A stretch of 63,708 nt of DNA, counting the filler, from Lenisia limosa (Eukaryota > Protista > Breviatea): NCBI GenBank assembly GCA_001655205.1. It is 17 parts of 17 records of this genome, joined end to end, with 100 filler letters (N's around TTAATTAATTAA, not from the genome) between each part and the next. Parts side by side here need not be neighbours in the genome. Positions count along the whole stretch, not along the records: positions 8,830 to 22,963 come from LPNZ01011663.1; positions 23,064 to 25,558 come from LPNZ01006668.1; 15 more parts are not named here. One strand, 5' to 3'. The translations under genes and the position numbers were made by a program. Below are positions 12,301 through 23,270 of the stretch, one piece after another. The notes below the pieces were generated by a model. It was not told where the DNA came from, searched no databases, and worked only from the letters and a program-made list of their open reading frames with translations. Positions within the stretch are counted from its first letter, which is position 1; every line of letters starts with the position of its first letter.

Positions 12301-14564
12301 GATATGCTAATAAATAGTTTGATTAGTAAATGTGCAATTATTTTCAATTAATTGGCAATTGCTTCGAAAAAAAAAAATTGCCAGTTGTGGCAATTAATTG
12401 CTAGGTGCCCTAGAAACTCCTTTAAATAAGTTAGATTTAGAAAGAAGTAAGAAAAGAAAAAAAAAAAATCCGGTATTTTTTACATGTGTGTAGGCAAGGC
12501 AGAGTTGAATGGCATGTGGATCATAGCCTCCAAGAGAGAATCCACATTTCTTGATACTCATGCTGATGACATCGCTGGTAACTGAGGAAAATACAGCACG
12601 CATAGTCTTGGCCCTTCAAACTCCCCGAAGAATTTACCCATGACGGTTCTGGTCACTGAAACTCTGTTCTGCTTTTTCCCTGACATCTTCAAGCAACGGG
12701 GATATTTGTCTTGACAGATTTAATCTCTCATCTAAAATTTTTATCAAAGCACTTGAACAAACCTGTCTCCTCACATTTTTAAGCTGACAGGTATATCTCA
12801 ATTACACTCTCCCTCGCGTAAAATTGCAACCTTCGACAGCCATTTCATCAGCTTTTTCTCCATCCAATTCCTCACAAGCCTTCACAATGTNNNNNNNNNN
12901 AACTCTGGCGTTGTTCATTGTCCTTTCGACCTTGTAAATTAGAGTTTACAAAATAAAGGAAATTCGTTAACTACTGTATATACAGCAACATACCTGACAT
13001 TGTCTTTGCCGATTTGTATCCATTGATGATTTTTGAATGGCTTCCTTCAATAAATTATATGCGGTACTCCTTGAAATCTTCATACCGTTTTGTTGTGCTA
13101 ATTGAATGGCAATCTTGTGATCAACATCAAGTCCCTTCTGTAAAATAATTATGGAAAGAGGGTATCTTACCGAGTGCATTTCCTTAATCTTCTTCAGAGT
13201 GCTTGGAATTGCAGCCTTTTCTGTTTTTCGACCAAGGCTCTACGTTGAAAAGGGAGGAATCTAAATTTAAATGATAAGTTACTTTTGCAGTATTTGAGAT
13301 AAGCTCTTTGGAAGGCCTAAGGGTGGATTTGAGGAAGGGTTAATTCAGCTTCCCCACTCTCACAATATCGAAAGTCTGGTATATAATTTGTGAACTGATG
13401 GCTGAAACAGTTTTCTCCCTGTTGGTGAAATAAAAGCATTCACCCTCTTACTTTTGATGCTAGCAGTTTCATTTTTTCGACACTGATTAAGCAGATATGC
13501 CTCCTTGACATCTGTAGGAATATCTTTCCACGTGGCATAACGCCCAACATGCTGATCAAGATGGATCATTTCTGGATGACCTGAGTTCATTTCCGCCGCC
13601 GTAGTTAGGTTTTCAGTTCAACCCTCGGCGAGGTACTTTTTTTTTTTTTTCCCTTCTGTTTTCTCTCCTTTTTTTCTTTTTGTCTCTTCTTTTTCGCCTT
13701 TTCAACAGTATATTTAAGAACATACAAAGGTAATCTGTTTACTAACAACTGCAAGATAATCGTAAAGTGTGTTTGATAATTTTTATGGTAATCACATATA
13801 AATATCATAAGATCGGCTTGTTTTGTTTCAAAATGTATTGAAAATGGCCAAATTTCACANNNNNNNNNNCTATATCGGAAAATTTCACATATTTCTGGAC
13901 GTGATATAGTCACATCTTGTACTAAACCTATATTATATAAGGGTATGATACATTTTAGGGGTTCCCTACGATCCTAAAAAAGACCGAATATCTCGATAAA
14001 TCCTCGATAAATATCGATATTTTAACGGTGTTTTTTGGACCGTAGGGAAGCCCTATATAATATTATATATTTGTTTTTGGTTTTTCAAAACAAATTTATA
14101 TGACATAGTACTACTTTATCTTCTCTTTTTTAAAACAAAGTACATACAATTTTTTAATAGTAAGATTTTCTTTCAGTGGTCCTTTTTTGTTGCAGTCTAT
14201 CTGCAAGTCATGTAAGTTGACTTGTTATAGGAGAAAGGTTATGATTTTAAGAGTGATATTTGGTCATTAGGTTGTATATTATATGAATTAGCAACCTTAC
14301 AGTGAGTTGGCTTTCTCTTTAATGTGATCTCCTTTTTATGAAAAAGGAATCAACTTGTATTCTTTATCTCAAAAAATTCTACATTGTGAGTACCCAAGTT
14401 TACCAGCTCCATATTCAAACGAAGTTTTGTCTATGTCTAACCAGCTTTCATTTCTAATAAAGAGTATGCTCATTATAAAGCCAAGTTCAAGACCGTCAAT
14501 AAATGAAGTGCAAAAAATTTCTCAAAAAATGTTAAAATCGCTTCAAAGTAATGTAAAAATGTAA
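9372..14564 (+). CDS. NEK6/NEK7-like Ser/Thr kinase, complete, 9 exons (9372-9408, 9431-9558, 9583-9664, 9691-9828, 9851-9929, 9951-10017, 14231-14301, 14327-14423, 14445-14564)
   Basis: MNKYSRLFLIGEGKFSTVFKG...VALK...KEVRLLQSLSHPNI...LEMAEKGDL...MHRDLKPANIF...KLGDLGLGRHFS...[41 protein letters not shown]...NLYSL has all catalytic motifs and matches NEK6/7 spacing. Four introns need non-AG acceptors. Confidence 0.93.
10018..14230. mobile_element. Nest of transposon remnants forming NEK intron 6 (4.2 kb)
   Basis: The other seven introns of this gene are 21-26 nt. This one holds a transposase relic, MITEs (e.g. 13957-14056) and a GCAGCAGCA-TA terminus-like motif near 12285-12297. Confidence 0.7.
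12394..13590 (-). pseudogene. Degenerate DNA-transposase relic, possibly Tc1/mariner-pogo-like
   Basis: Long stop-interrupted frame with an HTH-like segment (AIQLAQQNGMKISRSTAYNLLK) and a C-terminal VTSDVISMSIKKCGF resembling the pogo/DDE_1 tail. No DDE triad identified. Confidence 0.45.
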
Positions 14565-14583
14565 CTTTTTCTATCTTTATATA

Positions 14584-15300
14584 TGCTCAGGCGCAGAAAT
14601 CCCGTTGTCTATTCCCCTTTCCTGTTGCTTATTTTTTTTTTTCGAGTTTTTAGCTCAAAGAATGCCACCTCTGTTAACTTCTACATTACGAGCTCGATCT
14701 GCCTAGAGCTCATTGGCATTCGCAATTACCTGGTATATGAGCAAAAAAAAACATGAAGCTAACCTGACCAGGCTGTATCACAGCAACATCTTCACCACCA
14801 TTTAAAACAAAGAATCACACTGGTTTTAAAACTATAACTGAAGCTGCACCAGTCATAGAAACTGACATCACAGCATCACTGATGATTTCACCATGCTCAT
14901 CTGATAATGCTCTAGATATGAGAGGTAACTTGTGTGCAATTGATGAATCCCGTAAATGAACAATAGCCAATGCAGCAGCAGCTCCCTCAAGAAAGTGTTT
15001 TGTTTCAGAATCGAGATCAGAAATTCTAGAATCACACTGGATTGCAGATTTAGCTTGGAGACCTATCGCCTGATCTGGTGCAAGATCCTCTCCTGAATTC
15101 AGAATTTGAACAGACCTTCTGAAATCAACGGTTTTGGAAATCGAAGGCTTATCCATAAAAGTTGATTTGGAAGGCACAGAAAGACACACATTTGGTGCTG
15201 ATAATGGAGCGTTCAGATTGGATTCACTGTATAAAGCTTTGATAAATTGATGAGTAACTTTTGGATATCCTTGTTCTTCAGTTGGTCGATAGACGGAACN
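14584..15300 (-). pseudogene. Copy or allele 1 of an unassigned TIR-element protein (3' half)
   Basis: SVYRPTEEQGYPKVTHQFIKALYSE...HKLPLISRAL...VIVLKPV*FFVLNGGEDVAVIQPGQ/VIANANEL*; near-identical to 15769-16980; left TIR at 14584-14627. Confidence 0.7.
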
Positions 15301-15768
15301 NNNNNNNNNCTCAGAAGAAAGCCCGCCACAATTGAAGCTCACCCTCAAAATCCCCTCCGAGCCCCTCCCAAAGCCCTCCCTTCCCAAACCCTGCCTCCCC
15401 ACACCGCCGTCAAAAATCACCATTCCCCGCATCTCACGAGCCGAGTCCGACTCGCGGTCGAGCCAACGTCGCATCTACCGCACAGGAAACGCAGGTCGGT
15501 TTCCATTGCAAGATTTCTTCCAGCACAGCAGATTTTCGAGTCAATGGGTTACCATCACACGTCATGGGGGCAATATTATCGTTCACATCTCCTGTTTCAT
15601 TAATAATTATCAATTCATATCAGTAACGCATTCGTGAAAGAAATGATGATCGATACACCACTCTGGGAAAAAGATGACATTCCTATTTTGCGGAGACCCA
15701 AGATAATCATAAAAGAGTATATCATCAAACAATATCAACTATTGTACATTATTTCAAATAATAATATA

Positions 15769-17953
15769 TGCTCAGGCGCAGAAATCCCGTTGTTTATTCC
15801 CCTTTCCCGTTGCTTATTTTTTTTTCAAGTTTTTTTTAGCTCATTCTCTGTTTTTGATCGCCCAAATACAGTTTTAGTTAGTTTAAATTACATGCACACA
15901 CTTTTAAACAAAAAATAAACTTTCCTCCTCAAAATAATACCATTTCATCAACACAGTCAACTTGTATCAAGGGTAAATAATAGATATTTACAACAAGTTA
16001 CTTTTTTTCTTTTGTTTTTTCACAAGCTTTGTAAGTGTCGTTGTAGAAGGTGCAAGAATGCCACCTCTGTTAACTTCTACATTACGAGCTCGATCTGCCT
16101 TGAGCTCATTGGCATTCGCAATTACCTGGCATATGAGAAAAAAAAACATGAAGCTAACCTGACCAGGCTGTATCACAGCAACATCTTCACCACCATTTAA
16201 AACAAAGAATCTCACTGGTTTTAAAACTATATCTGAAGCTGCAGTCATAGAAACTGACATCACAGCATCACTGATGACTCCACCATGCTCATCTGATAAT
16301 GCTCTAGATATGAGAGGTAACTTGTGTGCAATTGATGAATCCCGTAAATGAACAATAGCCAATGCAGCAGCAGCTCCCTCAAGAAAGTGTTTTGTTTCAG
16401 AATCGAGATAAGAAATTCTAGAATCACAGTGGATTGCAGATTTAGCTTGGAGACCAATCGCCGATCTGGTGCAAGATCCTCTTCTGAATTCAGAATTTGA
16501 ACAGACCTTCTGAAATCAACGGTTTTGGAAATCGAAGGCTTATCCATAAAAGATGGTTTGGAAGGCACAGAAAGATACACATTTGGTGCTGATAATGGAG
16601 CGTTCAGATTGGATTCACTGTATAAAGTTCTGATAAATTGATGAGTAACTTTTGGATATCCTTGTTCTTCAGTTGGTCGATAGACGGAACCGTTTTGAAA
16701 CTTTTGGATGTTGACTAAGAAAGGATCAAAGCGATCAGGTGTGTAACCACAGTCTTGTTGGGAACTTTGAATAACAGCATATGAAGGGTATTTCAGAGAA
16801 AGAGCAATAATTTCAGCAATTTCCTTCTCAGTGATATCTCTAAAAGGTTAAAAAGTGATAAAAGCCACCAACCTTTTTGAATTTACAGCGAGNNNNNNNN
16901 NNGCATCAGACAGAAGCGGCTTGTTCGTTGGAATGAAGCGTTTTGCTTTGGGTTCAGGCATCTCTAGACGGTTAGTAAAAATACAAAATATGAACCCGTC
17001 GTAAAACAAAACTGAAGTATAAAGAAATACAATATATATGAACAATAAACATCAAACAGTTGGGATTTCGGAGGGTTACCAATTAAATTTCATTCTTGTT
17101 GTTTGCCAATTAAGTAAAGAATCATCTTAGTATCCTCAATAAAAACTTGTATGTGAAATTAAAGCTTAAAAATCAAAAATATATGAGTGTATTAAGTATA
17201 TAAATGAATATATGAATTTTCATGGACACACCGTGGCTTACCGACTCCAAACTTTGCCGCGGATGCCTTGGTCCGGTGAAAAGAGGAAATGTCCCCCTTC
17301 TTTTGAGGGTCTTAAATGCGCTTTATCAAGAAAAGAAACTTAAAGACAACTTGCTGAGATCATAATCTTTAAAACAGTACAACAATAATAAGGTGACAAT
17401 CTCAACTTTATAAAAGGGGGGGTTGAAGAAAAAAAAAAATGGACAAAAGGCAATGAACTGAACTCTAGNNNNNNNNNNCAATACAAAATACGAACACGTC
17501 GTAAAACAAAACTGAAGTATTAAGAAATACAATATATATGAACAATAAACATCAAACAGTTGGGATTTCGGAGGATTACCAATTAAATTTCATTCTTGTT
17601 GTTTGCCAATCAAGTAAAGAATCATCTTAGTATCCTCAATAAAAACTTGTAAGTGAAATTAAAGCTTAAAAATCAAAAATATATGAGTGTATGAAGTATA
17701 CATGGACACACCGTGGCTTACCGACTCCAAACTTTGCCGTGGATGCCTTGGTCCGGTAAAAAGAGAAAATGTCCCCCTTCTTTTGAGGGTCTTAAATGCG
17801 NNNNNNNNNNAAAAAAAAATTTGTTTTTATGAAAAATGTTGAAACTAGTTTTTTACAAAATAGAACTGGAAAAAACACAGAAACTGATGACTAATGACGA
17901 CTTAAAAAAATAGACAACGGGAAAGGGGAATAAACAACGGGATTTCTTGAGCA
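15769..17953 (-). mobile_element. About 2.2-kb TA-flanked TIR element carrying a spliced gene for an unrecognised protein of roughly 300 aa
   Basis: About 40-bp TIRs at 15769-15812 and 17915-17953 (TGCTCA..AGAAATCCCGTTGTTTATTCCCCTTTCCCGTTG, 5-bp indel), with TA outside both. Internal minus-strand ORF with 33-nt GT-AG introns at 16840-16872 and 16126-16158 and one frameshift. Confidence 0.75.
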
Positions 17954-18376
17954 TATGCTTCCGACACTGTGAACATCATTAAAAACCATTGGAAATATGA
18001 AATAATAACAAAATGTAAAATTTCACACAAATTTCAGGAAATTTGGCACTCCAGGCCGGGCGCCCGTGCATATTTCTGCACAAATCAGGACTAAATCTTG
18101 CTACTGTTGTCATTTTGCGATGTTCTTAGATTTGGAATTAANNNNNNNNNNCAGTTCAGTTCAGTTCAAAAATCCGTGAATTGTTTTAAAAAACAACTTT
18201 TGAAAATGACTTCAATGTGTAATTTGCTGTTTATTAGGATAAAATTTATATATTAAGCCAAGTTATGGACCAGTAACCACGGAAACAGGGCTATTTCATA
18301 ACCGTCACAATTAATTATAACCGTCACAATTTATGTGCGGCAGCATATATACTACTAGTATATATATGTGGGTCCT

Positions 18377-19539
18377 CAAAGCTTCGGACATCATTCAAAA
18401 TTCCCGGACACATCAAAACTCCCGGACAGCTTGAAGTTGACACCTTGTATAGGCCATTGCTAGTGTTTTTTGAAAAATATGCTTCGACAGATACATAGAG
18501 AAATGGACCTCCTAATGTTCCCTAACTTTTTTTTCAATTTTGAGCAAATGTCAAAAATCCGTGAATTTGGTCTCCCGGGGGTCTCCCTTTTGCCTTTTCA
18601 TAGAATTGTTTTCTGAATCTTTCTTACCCTCTTTTAGTGTTAAGAAACAAAAATTTGTACCCCTCGGAGTAATTGGTTCCGGGTTCCCATTTGGTTTGGC
18701 TATGTAATGGTGAATTTTGAGGGAAAAATGCTAAAAATAGCACTGTTTACAGGGGTAAAGTTTCCCGGATAGTTGCCATTTATTCCTTGAATGTGGCCTT
18801 TTATAACGGTTTTTGCTTGTTTTTGACCGTTTTTGGACCGTAAATAGAGAGCTTAGGGACTTAATTTGGTTTTGACCCAATAATATGTTAAATTGGGGTT
18901 TCATTATTAGATTAAGATTGAGATTACTTTGAAAAACAGAAGGGAAATAGGGCTTCTGGGTGGTTTATGGTGATTTTGTATGGAAAACTCAAGCTGTCCG
19001 GAATTTTGATGTGTCTGGGAATTTTGAATGATGTCCGGAGCTTTGACTATACATATATAGTCAAAGCTCCATCATTCAAAATCTCCAGACACATCAAAAC
19101 TCCCGGACAGCTTGAATTTTCCCGATAAAAGTACTATAAACTTCATTTTCTTGTTATTTTCGAAAGTAATTTCAGTCATAATCACAGGATTGAATGCGGT
19201 TTTTACATATTCTTGGCTCAAACCCAAATTAAGTCACTTGGCTACCCGTTTGCGGCCCTTAAACTGCCACAAACGACCAAAACCGTTATAATCGGCAAAA
19301 TTGAATGATTAAATGGCAAACTATCCGGGAAAGTTTGACCTTGTAAAAAGCACTATTTTGATCATTTTTCTCTCAAATTTCACCATTACATAGCCAAAGC
19401 AAGAAGGAATCCATAACCAATTACTCCGAGGGGTACAAATTTGTGTTTCTTAACACTAAAAGAGGGATAGATTAAGAAAAAAATCCCGTGAAAAGGCAAG
19501 GGGCCACCCCCGGGAGACCAAATTCACGGATTTTTGACA
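18377..19539. mobile_element. About 1-kb foldback: inverted arms 18549-19050 and 19056-19539, plus a third terminal copy at 18377-18435
   Basis: Matching blocks across the arms, e.g. TGTCAAAAATCCGTGAATTTGGTCTCCCGGG and TTTGTACCCCTCGGAGTAATTGGTT with their reverse complements. Centre is CTTTGACTAT-ACATAT-ATAGTCAAAG; TCCCGGACA sub-repeats. Confidence 0.85.
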
Positions 19540-19619
19540 CTAGTATTGTATTATATGTCACCATATGATATATCAAAATAACAGATTTTATTGTAGACTT
19601 TCCCTCTCATTTATTAGGG

Positions 19620-22600
19620 CTGCATTTACCAGGCGTTGTTGAAGCCCCTCTACCTCAAAGGTATTATCCCACCTACCTGTGGACAGTGCAATGAATGCTT
19701 TGAGAGTTTGATGAAAGCTCAGCAATATCCACGACTTCACGCACTAAGAACGCACCATTTCTATTGCTGCGGGAACTCTCTCGACGTTTCACCCAGATGG
19801 TGTCAAACCGAAACTTCATTCATTAGCTTTTCGAAGACAGACACGACAGGGGCTTGAGTCACTGGCTGATAATTTTGTGAGACTAAAGCAGTCAGAGCTT
19901 TCAGGTTGGATGGGGGGGGGTAATAAGTCATTTACAGGACACTTCTTACGTTTTCAGCGGTTTTCACCCAATGTGCTCCGAAGCAATTGAAGTTCTCTGC
20001 AAGTTTGGAGTTCTTTCAGAGTATCAACTACAGGCTATGTGCCCAACTACATTATCAAGGAAGTTGCATACATTCTTCGACCTGCTGCAGCTCTGTTTCC
20101 TCACTGGGCACCAATCTCTCTACCATTGAAAATGCCTTCAACTCAACAAGGGTGACCGGTAAGCTTTCTTGACTGTCCTAAATCAAGGTTGTTTTGAGTG
20201 TAATTGGGTTTGATTGCATGGGTGATTGTCCGGCTCTCTGTGTCAACGAGTACAAGCCTCCTTCAACTTGCGTTGCCAACAACAATTCGGCAAAGAAAAG
20301 GTCAAAGCCAAAGAAACCAACACAGCCCCCCCCCCCNNNNNNNNNNNNNNNNNNNNNNNNNNNNNNNNNNNNNNNNNNNNNNNNNNNNNNNNNNNNNNNN
20401 NNNNNNNNNNNNNNNNNNNNNNNNNNNNNNNNNNNNNNNNNNNNNNNNNNAAATTAAAGCCCACATTACCCCTCCCTGTCTTACTTCATCATCTCCAAGC
20501 CGGACCCCGATGACCCTTCATGGAGGCGGTTCCCAACTTCTTTAGCAAATCGTTAAAAAACTCAATCTGCCTATCAGTAGCAATTCTTGGGGCTTGAAGG
20601 TCAAAATAATCAGTGAATGGAAACGGATATACTCCATATAATATAGTATTATAGAAATAAAAAATAAGGATTTATACATATCGATATATACTACTAGTTA
20701 ATATAATAGTAGATATCTTTTTTGATATCATATAGTATACTACATTATATGATATGATACAATACAACTATGCATCAAATCTGTATATTATATGATATAT
20801 AATACATATATGATATATATACTATTACACTAAATGTTGAAATACTATTATCAACAAAACAAGATAATGTTGCAATATGTAATGAAGAATAGGTGATCTC
20901 CAAAATATTCAGAAATAGTACGAATAAAGAAGCCGCAACAACTCCAACTGTCCACCTTTCGCCGTGTTTTGGGGGTTATAAAATGATTGGAACAGCGATA
21001 TGCTAAAATCTTCAAAGCCCCTGTCATCTGCCTTCCCCTCTAAGAGAACTACACTGTCAACCAAGAAGACTCAGACGCAGGGTGTTCAATAAGGTATTTA
21101 AGTCATCATAGTCAACCATCCCATTCCCATCTTCTTCCTGGGAGATGGAATTTTTAATCGCTACATCACCAAATGCGTCTGAATAAACTAGTAGAAAAAA
21201 ACCCGTGTACTGATGATGAATTGTGTTTCCAAAGTGCCACATGGTATGGAAAATTCCAAGGCCAGCCTTGACATTATTTTAAAAAAAAAACCTTCGTCTG
21301 TTGAGCGTTCTCCCCTCTGAATGATTTCGTGCTCGCCTCCGTCTGGACTGATACCACATCACCTATGCGCATGGGGCACGAACCAAGGGCTAATATTGAT
21401 TCCATTAACTCTGATATGGTGTGATTGATGGCACCTAAAGGGGTTATACAAACAAGATCAATTCGAGAAATGATCACCACAAAAACGAACCATTGAGGGT
21501 CCCCTCATTCTCCCTAATCAACTTTTGAAGCCGGATTACTGATAGCTTGGAGCCTTCAACGTTGAAGTACTTGTCAAAGAAATCAGTACCAGTCAACCAG
21601 ACCTTTTGATAACCCGAAACTTGCATATTCCTTTGGAGCAACCCTCTTCAAATCGTCTCGAATGAGATCGATCACTCTTCTCCCGTAATCAGCACAACTG
21701 TGAAAATAAGTCACAACTGTGAAAAAAGAACAATCATCAGCAGCAAACCAGTCCAAGGTCGGGAACACGGCATCCAGAGTCACACCCTCCGTCAGAACCT
21801 TCTGATCTGTTTTGGGCATTGACTCATGATTGGGAATTGGGTCGATACCAAATAAAAATATATTTGTAAAATTCTCCTAGAACATCAAACAAATGTTATT
21901 TCTTACATTGCAAAACCTGACGTTGTCATAATAAAGGCCGCTGTCAACCCTTCCAGAGTCTTTAACACGTTTTGTCAACATTGTCAACCGAGATTATACA
22001 AGTGAATCTACAGCCTATGATGATGATGCTAATAAAAAACAAATGCCTACGGTGCTCGAAACTCCTTTCGACTGCAAATATTTTGTGAATGCAAAATTAA
22101 TCTTAAATGTTACTCATTTCATAAAAAGTACGCATACCAAGCTGAAACGTTAGTGGTTCCTTGCCCGAATTGAAGAAATAAACGAAAACCAATGAATTGG
22201 TGTAAAACTTTCTTTCTTTCTAATCAGGGCCAGTTCGTACCTCTGGAGAAAGTATGGCATACATTCAGTGGCTGCTGTGTTTGCCTCTTTTAGTGACGAA
22301 GACTTCAACAAACCAATAACCTTTTCTGACTCAATCAGACAAAATTGCTTCAGATCCTTTGAGGATCAATGACTTGTCTCATCTGTTGTGCTCAATTTAG
22401 TATTACCCTACAATGAGACATTGACAGTCTCAAACGCTCCGCTTATTTATATTCATACACCAATCTTACCATCACATTCTGGACTTCGTGGCTGAATATC
22501 TGCTTCCCATCCAGAGTGCGATGCTTGATCGAGGAATCTTGAAAGAGAAGGAACTGTCGGAGTCCATATGGAGAAATGCTGCTATTTTAGGCTGTTCTGA

Positions 22601-22870
22601 GTCAGCATCTGAAGCTAAGTACGCCTCAATTGCCTTCTTGAGGTAAATGTTCTTTTCTCTAGACGTAAGGATGGGCTCATTTTTATCTTTGTCAACACCA
22701 GCCCAGGCATTCTCAAGCTCAGGAAAATCTGTAGTGAAGTAGCTTTCTACAGGTTTGCGCCCGCGGGAGACCATAATAATAGTTCCAAAAACTAAAAATG
22801 ATGAAGGCACCAACAAAGGGATCTTACATTGGGAGAAAAGGGCACTGAAACAAAACGGTTTTTCCAAGAG
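19620..22870. pseudogene. Degenerate, apparently intron-poor coding relics (probable transposon or viral remnant)
   Basis: Several 60-130-aa frames broken by stops and frameshifts (minus strand about 21050-22870; Cys-rich plus strand 19636-20330). No family confidently recognised. Confidence 0.3.
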
Positions 22871-23270
22871 AAGGTTTTTCCAATTCCAAGTGAGGTTAAT
22901 ACGTATAGGTGGGGGGACATGACCGTGTCCAGGGACATGACCGTGTCCACTTTTTTTTATTTTNNNNNNNNNNNNNNNNNNNNNNNNNNNNNNNNNNNNN
23001 NNNNNNNTTAATTAATTAANNNNNNNNNNNNNNNNNNNNNNNNNNNNNNNNNNNNNNNNNNNNGGGTGTTAACTACTAAAAAAAAACAAAAGAAATAGAA
23101 GAAACTTAACTTGTAAGCGCTTCCTAATTAAACAACAAATTCACATTAAGAGTGGCTCTGTTTCCCAATTTTATTTGCTGTCATGATAAAAAAAAATAAA
23201 ATAAGGCTGTATCTGGCCGAAGCCGTCCATCACGCTGATAGAGATATTGGATTAATTAATTTTAACTCAC

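Larger units (their letters stand above)
8996..18345. mobile_element. Perfect 21-bp inverted repeat pair TGCTGCCGCACATAAATTGTG (8996-9016 and 18325-18345), each flanked by TA; a further right-type end at 8831-8981
   Basis: Exact reverse-complement match, with TA at 8994-8995 and 18346-18347. 8831-8983 is a direct repeat of about 18197-18347. That both ends belong to one element is inference. Confidence 0.5.

Noticed and set aside
16190-16215. Possible extra GT-TG micro-intron GTGAGATTCTTTGTTTTAAATG in the element gene
   Set aside because: The homologue at 62.9 kb conserves the peptide across it (VLDRGKQVAVI vs VLNGGEDVAVI), so it is coding.
14580-17800. Apparent tandem duplication of the unknown gene (14580-15300 vs 15765-16700) and of 16975-17320 vs 17480-17800
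   Set aside because: These pairs also straddle 10-N gaps and may be allelic. Not counted as true duplications without long reads.
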